Shown here: piece by piece, positions 47,271 to 60,235 of the stretch
How positions within the stretch are numbered: position 1 is the first letter of the stretch
Layout of the letters: each line of letters opens with the position of its first letter
Assembly: GCA_010015585.1 (NCBI GenBank)
Contig: ML975165.1
Origin: Eremomyces bilateralis CBS 781.70
Taxonomy: Eukaryota
Reading direction: 5' to 3' (one strand)
Length of the DNA: 64,000 nt
Notes under the pieces: generated by a model
Database searches by the model: none
What the model was told of the DNA's origin: nothing
Seen by the model: the letters and a program-made list of their open reading frames with translations, nothing else
Position numbers and translations under genes: made by a program

Positions 47271-50200
47271 TCAAGAATACAATTCCTCCTCATCATTCCC
47301 CGCCGCATCCGTAAACCCCCTCTCACTCACGCTACTCCCTCTCCTCCCCTTCCCCTTCATGATGCCCGACCCATTTACCGACCCATTACTCCCTTTCAAA
47401 TGGTCCGTCCGAATCACAAATTCATCCTCATCATACGGCTCATCCGTCCTCTGCGAGCTCCGCTCATCATCCTGATAGCTTGCCTCGCTCACCGCACTGC
47501 CATCGGGCGTATGCACTGGCCCTTCCGCCAGCGCCGACAAGTTCTTCGAGCTGCCTTTGCCTTTGCTCAGCCGTCGCTGCTTGCCGGACACGGACACGAT
47601 GCGCCGGAACATGCGTTGCACACCGTCCGGCTTCTTTTGGTTGCTGCCGGACGTGGCGGGGGTGTGGTGGGTCAATGTCGGGGAGCCGGGGCCCGAGGAG
47701 TTGCTGCGGGAGTCATGGGGCCCGGCGTGGTTGGCGGAGATGGAGTTCGTGGCGCCATGCGAGCGCACATCGCCCGCTGAGGGGGACGCGTGCAGTTTGC
47801 CGTTGCTTTGAACCTTGGGGGCGCCTTCGAAGGCTCGGCGGACGCGCTCGTAATGGCCGAGTTCTTCGACGCTGACAGATGGCACGAGCTCGCGTTTAGC
47901 GCCCTCGAAATCTTCCTCGGTGACCATTACTGCCATGTCTTCGGGGGTGGCATAGTGATCGAAGAACTGTGCGATCGTGGTCTTCGGCTTCGGCTTTCCC
48001 ATGCGGTCATCTTCCTGCGCAGCAAGTGCATTGATGGCGGCCACTTTTTCGTCGACATGGAAAGCTTGTCGTGTGATTGCTTTCAGCATTGCATCAGAGC
48101 AGAGAGCGTACAAGTCTGCGCCGGTGTAGTTGAACGGAAGGGTAGATGTGACCCTGGCGAGCGACACCGACGGATTGAGGGCGAATCTAAGCGGCTGTTG
48201 TTAGCATATACGAAAGTAAATAAGCAGCGACGGAGAACCTACTTCCTTGTTAAAGCCCCCATAACCATCGCTTGCTTCTCATGAGTGTCACTGATGCCCA
48301 GGTAAATCATCTTATCGAAGCGTCCCGGTCGAAGCAGCGCCTGGTCCAACAAGTCCGGTCGATTCGTCGCGCCGATGACGAAAACACCTCCGGCTCCCTC
48401 TTCACCCTCACTCATGCCATCCAATTCCGCCAGCAGCTGACTGACAATCCGGTCCATGACACCGCCCGAGTCTCCTTGGTTCCCTCTCTTCGGTGCGACG
48501 GAATCCAATTCGTCAAAGAAGACGACGCAAGGCCGTGCATCGCGTGCCCTTTGGAAGACACGGCGAACATTCGCTTCCGACTCACCGATGTACATGTTGA
48601 GCAACTCGGGGCCTTTGACGCTGAAGAAGTTGAGGCTGAACTCGGTCGCGATCGCCTTGGCGAGAAGCGTCTTTCCGGTACCCGGTGGTCCGTAGAACAG
48701 GATACCGCTTCGTTTCTTCAGACCCTTTGCAAACAGCTCGGGTCGTTGGAGCGGCAACGAGATGGTTTCGAGCACAGCGGACTTGACGTGCGATAGACCA
48801 CCCACATCGTCCCAGGTGACGTTCGGAATCTTCGGCGCGCCAATGGAATCAGCGAAGTTCTTCCGCGCCGCGTCAACCGCGGCATCGAAATCGGCTTTGG
48901 TGAGGCTGACGCTGGCGGCACCGCCGGACAGCTCGACATCCATCGGCGTGATGATGGTCTGGCTGCCGTTCGAAGCTTCGAGGACCTTTTTGCCTTCATC
49001 GACAACAACAGCGATGCGTCTCCCTCTCGCAACACCGGCGCGCTCGACGACATCGACCAAATCGCCTGCAACCAACGCTGCAGTCCGAACCGCAACGCTC
49101 CTCAAATCCACTTCGGCCGCCAACCTCAACCCCCTCTCCTCCACCACCTGTCGCAAAATCCCTTCTCTCTCTCCCTCATCAGGCGCACCGATCTCAATCT
49201 CATGGCTGAAAATCCCACGGATCCCCTCGGGCACTTTCTCGACATCAGTAGTCGTCGCTACCAGCACCCGCACCGAGCTCTTCACATCCTCCAACGCGCC
49301 ACGCATCCGCTCGGCCGTCAACGCATCGATGTGCCGGATGAGCAACACCGTGGATTCCGCTCCACAGGCGACCGCGCGGTCAGCTCGTGCGCGGAGGACG
49401 CCCTCGGACTTCACGTCGCCGCCGCCCGCCGTGGCCTCGGTCAGGATGTCCCATGCATCGATGGGGAAGACATGCAGACCGAGGTCGGCGGCCGCGCGGG
49501 TGGCCAGGGTGGCTTTACCGATCGACCGCTGGGTGCTGGTGAGCAGGATCGCGAGGGGCGGGATGTCTAGGGCGATTGCGCGGGGCGAGGTAGAGGCGGC
49601 GAGCAGTTCGCGGAGACGGCGGCGGAGCGCCGGGATTTGGGGGGTGGGGGGGGCGAGGAGCGGGAGGCCGCGGGTGGAGGTGGAGTAGATAGGTTGCGGC
49701 GACGGGAGGGCGGAGAGGTAGTAGGGCCATGTGCTGGTCGTGGACGCGGCCAATGGAGAAGCCGGGAGAGTTGCGGGGATTTTGCTGATCTCTGTGCCGG
49801 CTTGGACCATTTTGGTGTTGGATGCATCGACGCAGGTTACGCCGCCCCAGAGCTCTTCCTCGCCTTCGACTTTCGAGGAAGCCGGGACGACGTTGCCCAC
49901 CTTGAACCAGGCAATGCCCACTCCTTTTCTCGCATTTTCTGAGCCGGTCTTGACTTTCGAGAGTAGTTCATCGGTAACTGAATCTTCGCTTGCGCCACTT
50001 GCTGGTTGGAATACAGCTTTACCCAGCTTCTCGTCGACCGCAATGCCGACCAAATCACCAGTCTTAACAATGCGAGTCTTCCCTTCGAAGTACTCTTTGA
50101 GCCCCGAAAACAGGCTAGGCTGCATCGATCGATCGGTGCTGAGCGGCGTAGCTACCTTCAGTAGCGTCACTTCCTTTGCAAGCGGAGGAGAGGCACTTGG

Positions 50201-52003
50201 GGGAACCTTCCTGTTCGTCCCTGGTCGACCGATTACGCTCGCTCGCTCGCTCGGTACGTGATGTGCCATCAAAGGAGCGATTCGAAGATACTTCGGATCG
50301 CCCAAGTTCGATAGGAGGATAGGGCTGGCATACACTGCGGGAGCCGTGGGCGGAGGGAACAGCCCGGGAAATGTCATCATCCCACGCGGATGGTGCTCCC
50401 GTTCACTATGACCGGCGTTCGCACCTCGTTTCTTCGCCATATGTTCGGGGAGGCCGTACACGCGCACCGTTCGCCATTCGAATTCCTCAGGTTCTTCGTC
50501 CCGTCCGAAAGCTCCTAGGATTCCTCGAGGGAAATTGGGATTGTCGCTCGATGATTCAATGCGTACCCAATCGCCAGCAAAGCAACCTATTCTGACGAGG
50601 GCATGAGTATCGACAAAGACCCGTGCTTCATCGTCCGATGAAGAACTCGGCTTTGGATACAGCAGCTCGTCCGGTATCTTGCTCATAAGCCCGTGTGGCT
50701 TGAAAAGCTTCCCTCGTGGGCCTCCAGGTCGAGCTGTGCCGGCCGTGAAGGAGGAGATGATTGATCCAGGAGTTGAAATGCCGTTCGTCCTCGCATTCGC
50801 TCGCGGAGTTGCGACAGAAAATGCAGAGAGCACACCGGACGACTGCGGCGGCAAAGTCGGGGTATGTAGTTGTATAACATCATCTGAGCCATCCGAAAGA
50901 TCCGAGTCCGAGTGCTCAAGCTCCGAGTCAAGGGTATCTTCGTCGGTCGGCGAATTCCTATCCTCTGCGGCGCTGTAAAACTGCTCGTTCGACGTGTCTT
51001 CCCCTTCGGAGATCTGGCGTTGCTCATGTTCTGGGTCTGAATCCTCTCCCTCTTCAGGTATACCATTGACGAAAGGCTTCGGGCTCAACGGCGTGGAAAC
51101 GCGGGCGGCCTTTGCGTTTGAAATGGTTGAATTCCGCGACTTGACGATGACGATGCGTGTACTGGGTAGTATGATACCCTGTGAAACAGGTTCGCAAGCG
51201 CTGATCTTCGCTGGCGGTGGAGGGACATGCGTGATAGGATGAGAAGGTAGCGGAAGTGGGAGCAGGTCGCCCGTATGGACAACGTGCGGTATCTTCAATG
51301 CATCTCGAACTGAGTTCTTCCAAGCTCGCTCCTGCGTCGCAGCCTGCTCTGCCCGCGTGGGATACTTGGCTGGCGGCTCCTTACGGCCTATAGGGGATTT
51401 TAGAGGGAACGTTCGAAACCCCCCTCCAAACTGTTGCTGCACCTCATCCAACTTCCTGAGCCCTTCGGTGTCCAAGGTGACATACACAGCATCCAAGGCG
51501 AGTGGAACCACATCGAGCACGCGGATCTCGATCGCCGCATCACGCCTATGTGGTATTCTGCTGGGGCAGAGGGTGTTCATCGCCTGCTGAAAGCTCTGGA
51601 GGGTTGGCGCATGAGCAGGAAACTGGATCGCTGAATGCGGTTCCCGCGGCACCATATCTGGAGTCAAAGGAGGTCGGACGGGTAGAATTGTCCATGGCGA
51701 AGACGAGGGCGACGTGATACCGGATGGCATCCATGGCGTAATTGCAACGTGGAAGATCTTGCCTTGTAACGCGGCGAGACTCTGGGCATCTGAGTATTGT
51801 TAGCATTCCACCTCGACTGGAGGCCTGAAGATATACGCACCCGCCGAGACGCTGTATCCAGGGAATAGGTCGCAGAAGAGATCCTCTGTGATAACGCCAA
51901 CATCTCCTTTCATCCGCTCGTCGAGCAGAAGATGTGCCGATATTGCGGGCTTGTCGCGTCGTCGCCTCCGTCTCCGACGACGTGCATCGTATGATTGAGC
52001 CAT
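47271..52003 (-). CDS. PEX6: Peroxisomal biogenesis AAA ATPase Pex6; three exons
   Basis: Start MAQSYDARRRRRRRRDKPAISAHL. Degenerate D1 (STQRSIGKAT). D2 has IGAPKIPNVTWDDVGGL, GPPGTGKT, VKGPELLNMYIGESEANVR and GDSGGVMDRIVSQLLAELDG. Followed by YTGADLYALCSDAMLKA. Confidence 0.95.
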
Positions 52004-53090
52004 CTCCTTCGTACACAAGATCTAGCAACTGAAATTCAAGAAAAATGATGGAAATCAGCCAACAGCATGGAGGGAACTATACAACAGGTCACAACGGGAT
52101 GCCGTGAACACGGGCGATCATCTTCACGCTTGGGATCAGAGCCGAGGTTCCGGGGGTCCACGACCACGACTACAGCGTAAATCGCCGACACAAGCCAACC
52201 GGATCTCTATCGATTTGGTTACCGAAATATCGGGCCAAGTTACAACTTCAAAGCATTCGCCCGAACTAATAGCTTTGGCGTGGCATTTCGAATACCGAGA
52301 GGTCTCGGGGCCCCGAATTTCGCATTTTGCTTTAGCTCTCCCCGATCGCCACATGCGGGGAAAGCTATAGATGCCAATGCCTTCGTTGGTCACCTGGACA
52401 TATCCTTAAACCCTATCTCGAGCAGGTCGGACTCGAGTCGATAGAGTGAGACAAGTGACGGGTGGCGAGGCAACAATCTCTTTCTTAATCCATTGTGTTT
52501 GGTTCATTGATCCCTACTACATATCATGGGCTCTATCCCTAAGGTATCGGTAGTAGCTATTCAAATGCGAGAGGGAAGCCAGTCCGTCACTGAGACTTTG
52601 AAGTTTCTGTCTATATCCCCAAGTAATCCAATTACTCTATTTATATTGATCTCCTGTACTTCATTCCATCAGATCTAGAGAACGTGTGTAAATCCAAGAT
52701 TTGCCGGTGCGGACTTTGTGGACTGAAACATACCTTACCTGCAAGTACCCAACCCTGGAAATGGAGATTATATTGTTGCACATGTACGCCTCTGGTTTGA
52801 CTTGGGTAGTAGACGACCTGCAGTACGCAAGTTTCGGGGAACACAAGCTTTCGGAAAGCGCTGGCAGGAATGAACAGTGCATGATATTGCAGTACGGGAG
52901 ATGACTGCATATTGCATTTGGACAACACGCATATGATAAGAAATACCTGGACAGATCCACTTCCCATTCTCTTCGTTCGACGATGTTAGCGATTTCTTTC
53001 GCCTTAAACCCCCCCCCCAGCCGTCCACCCCTTCGTCTTCGTACATATCAGCTGTGATACTGGGCTCGTAAGTCGACATGGTAGGCTCAA

Positions 53091-54533
53091 TCAGTACGAG
53101 GTCGTTTGACTCCCTTCTTCAGCTTTCGCAGTGGGCTTAATATTCTTCCACGGCAGGTCCTCCTCAAAGCCCGCAAGCGCCAATATATTCTTTGTCGCCT
53201 GATCGTACTCCTAGTCGAACTTGAGTGGATCGCCGAGCTCCTCGCGGATAATCGAATGGACGGCATCGAAAAGGTCTGTATTAGAGAATACAAATAACTC
53301 ATCAAACTCCGCGTCGTCGGCGCCAATAACGCTTTCCATTAGGGGCGAATAGCCATCGAAGCCCATCATAGACCAAGGGCTGTCAATAATGGTTAAGCAC
53401 CCTCCATACGTGGACTCACAGCACACGCAGGGACTGCGCTCTGCATCCACCAAACATTGACCTAAGTATATAAAGCCGAATTGCCTCTTCCAGCTCGCCG
53501 GCTTGGGGCACTCGATCTTGGTGGCAAGGCGGCGATGGAGGCGCTTGAGTGCTGTTTAGAAACGGGTCTTCATATTGTTCAAGAAAGTTTCAACCGCGTT
53601 ACACTCGGCCTTTCAGAGAGTCCCGAATGATGGAGGGATTATAAGCGCATTGGAAGCTGCCCACTGCGCGGAAAGGGCAGCAAACATCTTCACTGACCGC
53701 AGTTTGAACGCGATCTAGACGAAGAAATCTATATCGTAAACGTATTCGAGATAAAAGTTCACCGAGGTATTCAGCTCTCTCGCGAAGTATTCGTTTTCCA
53801 TAGGCTTGCGGAGCACGCTAATACCGTACACTTTGGCTACTTTCGCCAGTAGTCGTTAAAAGTGCGTGTCCGAACTTGAGTTGAGGTGTTTCAGGGCGAA
53901 GCACTCAGGACGCATAAAGAATGGCAGATGGTACAATACCGCAAAGAACTTATTGTGAACCTCGATAATAACTTCGTGGATGGCTTGAAACCGGCGATCA
54001 TCGATGAGAGGCTCATCGCTATCCTGAGTCGCTGGGGCGAAGATGAAGTGGATCGTTAAGGGTCAAGGAGGCTCCGTGCCAGATGGAGTACATATCACTA
54101 AAGAAATTCTTCGGTTCTGGGTGTTCGAGTTTGTCAGTATTTAGACCCGTTGACGTAGACGAACGGCGAGTCTTACCAATTTCATCATGCGGAACATCGT
54201 GTCTGTTTCGTCCGTAACGAAGCGACTTTGAGCATCGAATTGCAGCTCGAACACATGCTTAATGTTCTTTGGGGAGTCACTAGGGATTGGACCGTCGGAA
54301 TTCTCTGGAGTTACCCAACTCCTTGGACTGTCGTTCCCTTCTTTCTCCCCATCCAAAGCTATCTCGGAGTCCAGATAGGTCGACGTGGACTCAGACAACT
54401 GGTCCCTGAGGTACGCCGAATACATTTTGAGGAGGAGGCTGTGAACTCGATAGACGTCCTGTACCTTCTTGGACAGCCGGATCTCGACATCTGCGGTGTC
54501 CTCGTTGGGGATTTGAAACGAGACATCGCGGCT
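53091..54533 (-). pseudogene. Pseudogene of a BTB/POZ-like domain protein
   Basis: A single frame reads ADVEIRLSKKVQDVYRVHSLLLKMYSAYLRDQLS (BTB-type N-terminus)...HNKFFAVLYHLP...LLAKVAKVYG...IAFKLRSVKMF. It retains a 60-nt GTAAGA..CTGAC..CAG intron (54117-54176). Six internal stops at 54063, 53856, 53715, 53613, 53556 and 53211. Confidence 0.72.
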
Positions 54534-55249
54534 TCATGCAAGTGATATGAGTTCGGGGATGAAACTCAATGGACGATGGTTGTAATGGGGATGACGACGA
54601 TTGGTATCTGTCGTTGTGTGATGGACGAAGGGGAAATGAGTATGACAAAGGAAGTGAAAGCGAAATTTCTCTAATTAGGCAGACGAGTCGAGGAGGCAAT
54701 TGGGTTGACTGCTGCTTCCTTTCCTGGAAGGACCGGCGCGTTATTGCATGCGCACACGTCGCGATACCACGTGTCGTGTCCAGACGTCGTGAGTTTAGTG
54801 AGTTCATTGGACTACCAGTTTGAGGACAACTCGACGGGTAGCATCGAGTAATTTGTAAAGTCCTTAGGATCCGCGTTGCCGGCTTGTTGGTTGAGAATTG
54901 AGGTAGCCAGGACCGGACTGAGCGTGTATGGGGAAGTGACAAGGATAGCGAGCGGCAATTGGGAGGCTTCGAAATAAGCTTGAGCGTGGAGCGACTGAGA
55001 GGTTGGATGAGGTGAAAGCGAAATGAAAGCGAAGTGATCACGCAGATATGGAAGGGTCGAAGGAAGATGAAATCACTCGATCAACGTCATGGCACAAGTC
55101 AGGCACGCAAGGAGCAGCAGAATCATGAAATATGACCTTTCAACGCAGATTCATTCTTCTTCTCTGAATCTACAAAGACAGTTGCCCATATCCGATGATG
55201 AACGTGTGACACCCATGCAACCCCATTGGAACCATGATTTTTGCAGCAA

Positions 55250-55986
55250 TTACTTGAGAGGAATGAAACGAGAAGAGTGGGTGGCACCGATACCCGGTCT
55301 TCCGTGCTTGACAGGTTTGCTGTTCGCTTGTCAGTATATTCCCTCTAAAACCTCGTTTCAAGGAAACCACGTACTATGAGATCGAGAACTCTCCCAGGTA
55401 GTGTCCCACCATCTCGGGCTTGATCTCCACCTGATTGAACTCCTTCCCGCTGTAGATTCCGATCACGCTGCCGATCATCTCCGGCACCACGATCATGTTC
55501 CGCAGGTGCGTGCGCACCTCGTCGGGCTTCTCGTTGGGCTTCGCCTGCTGCTTGGCCGTGCGCAGCTTCTTGATGAGGCCCATTGGGCGGCGCTTCAGGC
55601 CACGGTTGAATCGGCGGCGGGCGCGCGCATGGACGAGGTCGCGGAGTTGCTCGGAGGAGAGGTCAAGGAGCCTGGGGGGTGGGTTAGTGATTGCTCTGAT
55701 GGGTTGTCGGGGGTGGGATGGCGTACTGGTCGAGGTCGACTCCACGGTAGGAAAACTTGCGGAAGGTTCTCTTCTTCTTGATCTCTGTATTCGTTGTTAG
55801 CCATCTATATGTTTTCTACACATCGTCATGGCGCGATTCGTTGTGCGTGTCGCTCGGTTGAAGGTCTTCAGAACGTAAACGGATGGGTGAGAGTCGTACC
55901 GGCAGCCTCTTCGGCGTTCTGGAGATTGTCAGCATTCCTCGCTCCAAAAGACATCGAGGGTGACTCACGTATTCAGCGTCAGCCAT
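55250..55986 (-). CDS. RPS15: 40S ribosomal protein S15 (uS19); five exons
   Basis: [31 protein letters not shown]|..[63 protein letters not shown]. Confidence 0.97.
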
Positions 55987-56527
55987 GATTGCGGATTATC
56001 GAAGGGTTCCGGATGGTAGCTTCGATGGTTGCAGATGGTGTGTGGGCTGGTGGAAGGAAGTTGTGTGTCGTGGGTTCGTTTGAGGTTGGAGGCGAAGGCG
56101 AGGTGTGGACTTTGGTGGGAGCCACTAACCAAAATTAAGCGAATAACGACGGTCTTGGCACGATCTCGGTGCTTACTGAAAACACCCAATACAGATATCA
56201 AACACGCAGAATTTCGGAATTTTGGACATTATTTACGCACACGATCACTTGTGAGCATGGAAATGGATGTGAAGCTAATGTGCCTTTTATTTTCGAATTG
56301 GTCAACCGGTTGTGGCTTCTCGGTGCAGATGGTACGATATAGGTCATCATTGAAAATGTGAAGATTAGCAGCTCAAGCAGAGCAATTGACCGTTGACAGC
56401 CCATCCCTCAGTTGATATGCCGTCCTTTTCCTTGTCCGAGTGCATTTGTATCCATTGATCCATGCCCCCTTTGGAATGACACCAGTGATCCGTAGAAAAT
56501 GCATTGCAAAGCAAATCCACCCAACGC

Positions 56528-56926
56528 TTAGTCGAACAGCCCGAATCCCATATCGTCATCGGACTCCTCCTTATCCTCCTCCTTCTCCTCTTCCTTGGCC
56601 GCCTCAGCAGGAGCGGCGCCGCCAGCGGCAGCACCACCCGCAGCAGGAGCAGCAGCACCGGCCGAGGGAACGGAAGCGAGCTTCTCGGTTCCGGCAGCGA
56701 TGAGCTAGATATATAGTTAGTCTTCTGTATCCTATCCGGAGTGGAAGGGCGTCGTAGATCAACATACCTCGTTGAGGTCCTTGCCCTTAAGCTCGCTGAG
56801 CAGGGTGTTCAGGCGCTCCTCGTCGGCTTCAATTCCAACGGCGGAGAGGACAGCCTTGATGTCGTCGGCGGAGGGGCTGTCATTGCCACCGAGGCCGAGG
56901 AGGAGGTAGGCTGCGAGATGCTTCAT
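56528..56926 (-). CDS. RPP2: 60S acidic ribosomal protein P2; one CDS intron plus a predicted 5'-UTR intron (56937-57005)
   Basis: [61 protein letters not shown]...[13 protein letters not shown]. Confidence 0.97.
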
Positions 56927-57561
56927 TTTGAGAGATCTATGAGCGCCGGTTAGATGGAATGTGTTCTTGAATGCAGTGGAATTGCCGGGTAAGTGAGCGA
57001 CTTACTTGATTGAGAACTGGTAGAAGAACTAGAGAATCAATCGATTTAACCGTGAGCGACACGGAGACTGAGACTTAAAGTTCTAATGGGTTTGAAATAT
57101 CGGAAATCGTTGGCGTGTGATGTGGATGTCGAAGTTGCTCGAAAAATGGGTGGTGAATGTGTGCGCCAAGGGAACCAACTAACCGTGCCGGGTCTAGCGT
57201 ATTTTGTCTCGAATTATGGGCAAGGATGCCTGAGGAGCCTTACTACGTACGTACCTCCGTAGCGAGTAGTACAGGTTGAGCCTCAAGGCCCAAGGGTCAT
57301 TCGCCGCATCATATCAGACCAACCACTATTATCACATATCACCTCCGCGGCCACTTCCAACACTTCCATTTTCTTCTCATTTTTCATTTTCTTATGTGGG
57401 GCGTTTATTCGGGATGTCCGTAATGAATCGTCCACACTCCGTCTTCCTTATTCCTTCATGAATCGTCCTAGATCCTACGTTTGCATGCCTCGTGACCGCA
57501 TATCATTCCATGGACTCGCTTGGAGTTTTGCATAACATACACGACCGGAACGTAGGGCACA

Positions 57562-58631
57562 ATGAGCGTGAGTCACTCTATCAGAGGTATATATATCCTG
57601 CTAACTGTAGCCGCCAGTATCTGTCCGAACTCCTCGGCGAGGGAGCCACTCGGCGAAAGCCCAAGGCACCCGTTGACAGCGATTCCAAGTCCGCCAAACC
57701 CGGTGCAAGCGAAACGGCACGATCCCTTTCCAGCGGTCTCAAAATCGATGCAACCACGACCGGTTCATCACAAAAACGCAAAGCCGGAAGCCAGCTAAAC
57801 ACCGCCGATGCCAAAATCTCAAAGAGATCCGAGAGTGCAACCCAACCGTATCTAGGGACTGCGAGGTCCACCGCTGAACCGGGTCCCCCATCCTTCTCTG
57901 CGAGACCAAGTACAAAGCCTCCCACAATCCCATCTACCAAAAATGGCAGCAAAGCCACCTCCGCCGGCTCCAGCTCCCCCCCACGCCCACCCATGTCACC
58001 CGCCCCCGGCCAGCCGCTCAGCCGCTATCAACAGCTCCTCGCGCGCGGCGCCGCGATGAAAGCGACCAGCAAGCCCGTCGGCTCGATTACCCACAAGCAG
58101 GCGGAGCGGCTCTCGAAGCGCGAGCGGTTGGCGCTGGAAGCGGAGGCGAAGCAGCGGAAGAAGTCGGGGGGGGTGGTTCCGGATAGCCGGAGGAAGGGCG
58201 CCACGCCAGATCGGGGGTCTGGCGTGGCTAAGGTCGAGAAGAAGGACTATGGATATAGTGGGACTATGCGGCCGAAGGCGGTGGAATCGGATTATAAAGG
58301 GACGATGGGCATGAAGAAAGGCTCGGACAGAGACGTGCCTCGGCGTGGGGTGGGAGGCAAGAGAGCTGATGCGGGTCCGGGCATGAAGAAGGGTCGCTAC
58401 GCCGGCTACACCTTTGAGTCCGAGTCTGACCTGGAGGATGACCTAGAGGACTCTGGTTTATCCGACATGGAGGCTGGTGCGTTCGAGATGGAGGAAGAAG
58501 AATTCCGGTCACTCCGTGCGGCGAGGAAGGAAGATGAGGAGGCGTTGAAAGAAGAGGAGGCGCACCAGCGGGAGAAATTGGAAAGACGGAGGAGACTCGA
58601 GGAGCTGGGAGCGAGGCGGCGAGGCAAGTGA
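57562..58631 (+). CDS. SPT2: SPT2 chromatin protein
   Basis: ATG AGC|gtgagt...gctaac...cag|YLSELLGEG. K/P/S-rich body, YSGTMRP, and C-terminal SDMEAGAFEMEEEEFRSLRAARKEDEEALKEE. Confidence 0.8.
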
Positions 58632-58902
58632 GCGAGATTGGATACTCGTTTCCTTGGTCATCAGGATTATTCTCGCACGAATTTTATGAGCCCCTCAGCG
58701 TTCATGGATCGTTCGAATGGCTTGCCTCATGTGTGAGGTATCGCATTGTTATCGAAGCAATGGTTGCATTATTAGCGTTGCATTTTAGGCTGTTGCATAG
58801 CGCATTAGTATGTACACTGAACATTCAGAGTGTTTTGACTAGCCCATAGTCCATTTCGGCTGTTACACTTCATCCACGTCTGAACCAGCAAACCAGCCCC
58901 CA

Positions 58903-59445
58903 TCAATCAACCGTACTCGCCGGCCCTCCTCTCTGCCCTAGCACCCCCCCAACATCCACATGTTCCCTCTCCTCCCTCCTCTTCCGCCTTAACACCGCCT
59001 GTTCCGCCCTCTTCCTACATTCCCGTCAGCCTCATCCCTCCCTCCACACAACAAAACCAACTCACCTCTCTAAATCCCCCCCCACCTCCGGCCCCTCCCC
59101 CCCGGCCCCCTCCTTCTCTCCCACCTCCACCGCCTCCGCCACCTTCCCCTCCCCCTCCACCGCCATCTGCTCCCCGTCCAGCTCCCGATGTCTCCCCACG
59201 TCCTCCTCTGTCTTCCCCTGCGCTTCTTCGCCCGGGCCCGCGCCGCGGATGCCGCATGCCAGCGGGGTGGGGTGCGCGGCGTCTGGATTGGATTGCGCGC
59301 GGGGGATGCGCTGGTCGCCGAGGTGTGGTGGGGGGTGGTGGGAGTGGGAGAGGGCGGTGGCGCGCTCCGGGGGGGTTTTGGATATGGGGTTGGAGGGGGT
59401 TTCGTAGGCGGTGTGTTTAGGGGGTTGGGGGTGTTGGGTGGCCAT
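58903..59445 (-). CDS. Small hydrophilic G/E-rich fungal hypothetical protein; one intron (~59016-59065)
   Basis: MATQHPQPPKHTAYETPSNP...EQMAVEGEGKVAEAV..GGDLE|RKRAEQ...VDVGGVLGQRGGPASTVD*. GTGAGT donor, CTGAC branch and TAG acceptor join the exons in frame. Confidence 0.72.
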
Positions 59446-59670
59446 GATTAAAGACTCAAAATGCAAGTAAGTGCCGATATGCAGCAATGAGATCTGATAT
59501 TGCGATTATAAGGTATCGGGAGAGATTAAGAGATTGCAGATTCGGTATGCCGGTTGCAATTGACTTGGAATATGGAATTGGGTTTGTTTTGAGTCTATTT
59601 CTACCGTATCAACTTTGGTTTTAAAAGATGGTCATGATGGTTCTTAAGCCGCTCGATGACGCAGAATGGG

Positions 59671-59678
59671 TGACGTCA
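59671..59678. promoter_or_regulatory. Perfect CRE palindrome TGACGTCA (ATF/CREB-type bZIP site)
   Basis: ~226 nt upstream of the ATG at 59445, with an extra TGACG half-site at 59657. Confidence 0.4.
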
Positions 59679-60235
59679 AGGGACGAGACCACCATCCAAG
59701 GATCCAACTCTTAAGGTACCATATCGCTCTAACCACACACACTTTTGTATTTTAGCAAGGTATAGTCCAAGAGGGTTAATGTATCCTACCAGCAAAGACA
59801 AGTTCTAGTTGCTCAATTGTAGTCGGTTACCCGGTAGGAGCTGACTGACGGATCGCAGCCACAGCGTCCGCGATGTTCCTCTTCCTAGCCACCACTCCTC
59901 TACGCTTAAGGTAAGGCACGGGCATATCAAGTGGTTGAGCCCTTCAGAAGGCGTCCCGTATCACGGGTGAGACAAGCGGGATAACTTCCATATTGCCTGA
60001 CGAGGTTGTGCCTGTTTATCTTTTCAAGTTGAAATCGAGCCCATTCTCAAAGCCCTCTGAAGAAGACAAGGGGACGGCATCACAATCCGCAAAGTCCTTT
60101 GATTCAGATCCCTATTATGCATTAAGATCAGTCGAAATCCCATGAGTAGCCATAGTATGGCATCTCCCCAGGCGGATTCCCACTGCCATGGCTACGGGAA
60201 TACACAGGTATTCCATGTCCCATCCCGAGCGCACA

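Noticed and set aside
53091..54533. Stop-codon readthrough, recoding or A-to-I editing rescue of the pseudogenes
   Set aside because: All three stop types occur, several per gene, and the neighbouring genes use all three as normal terminators.
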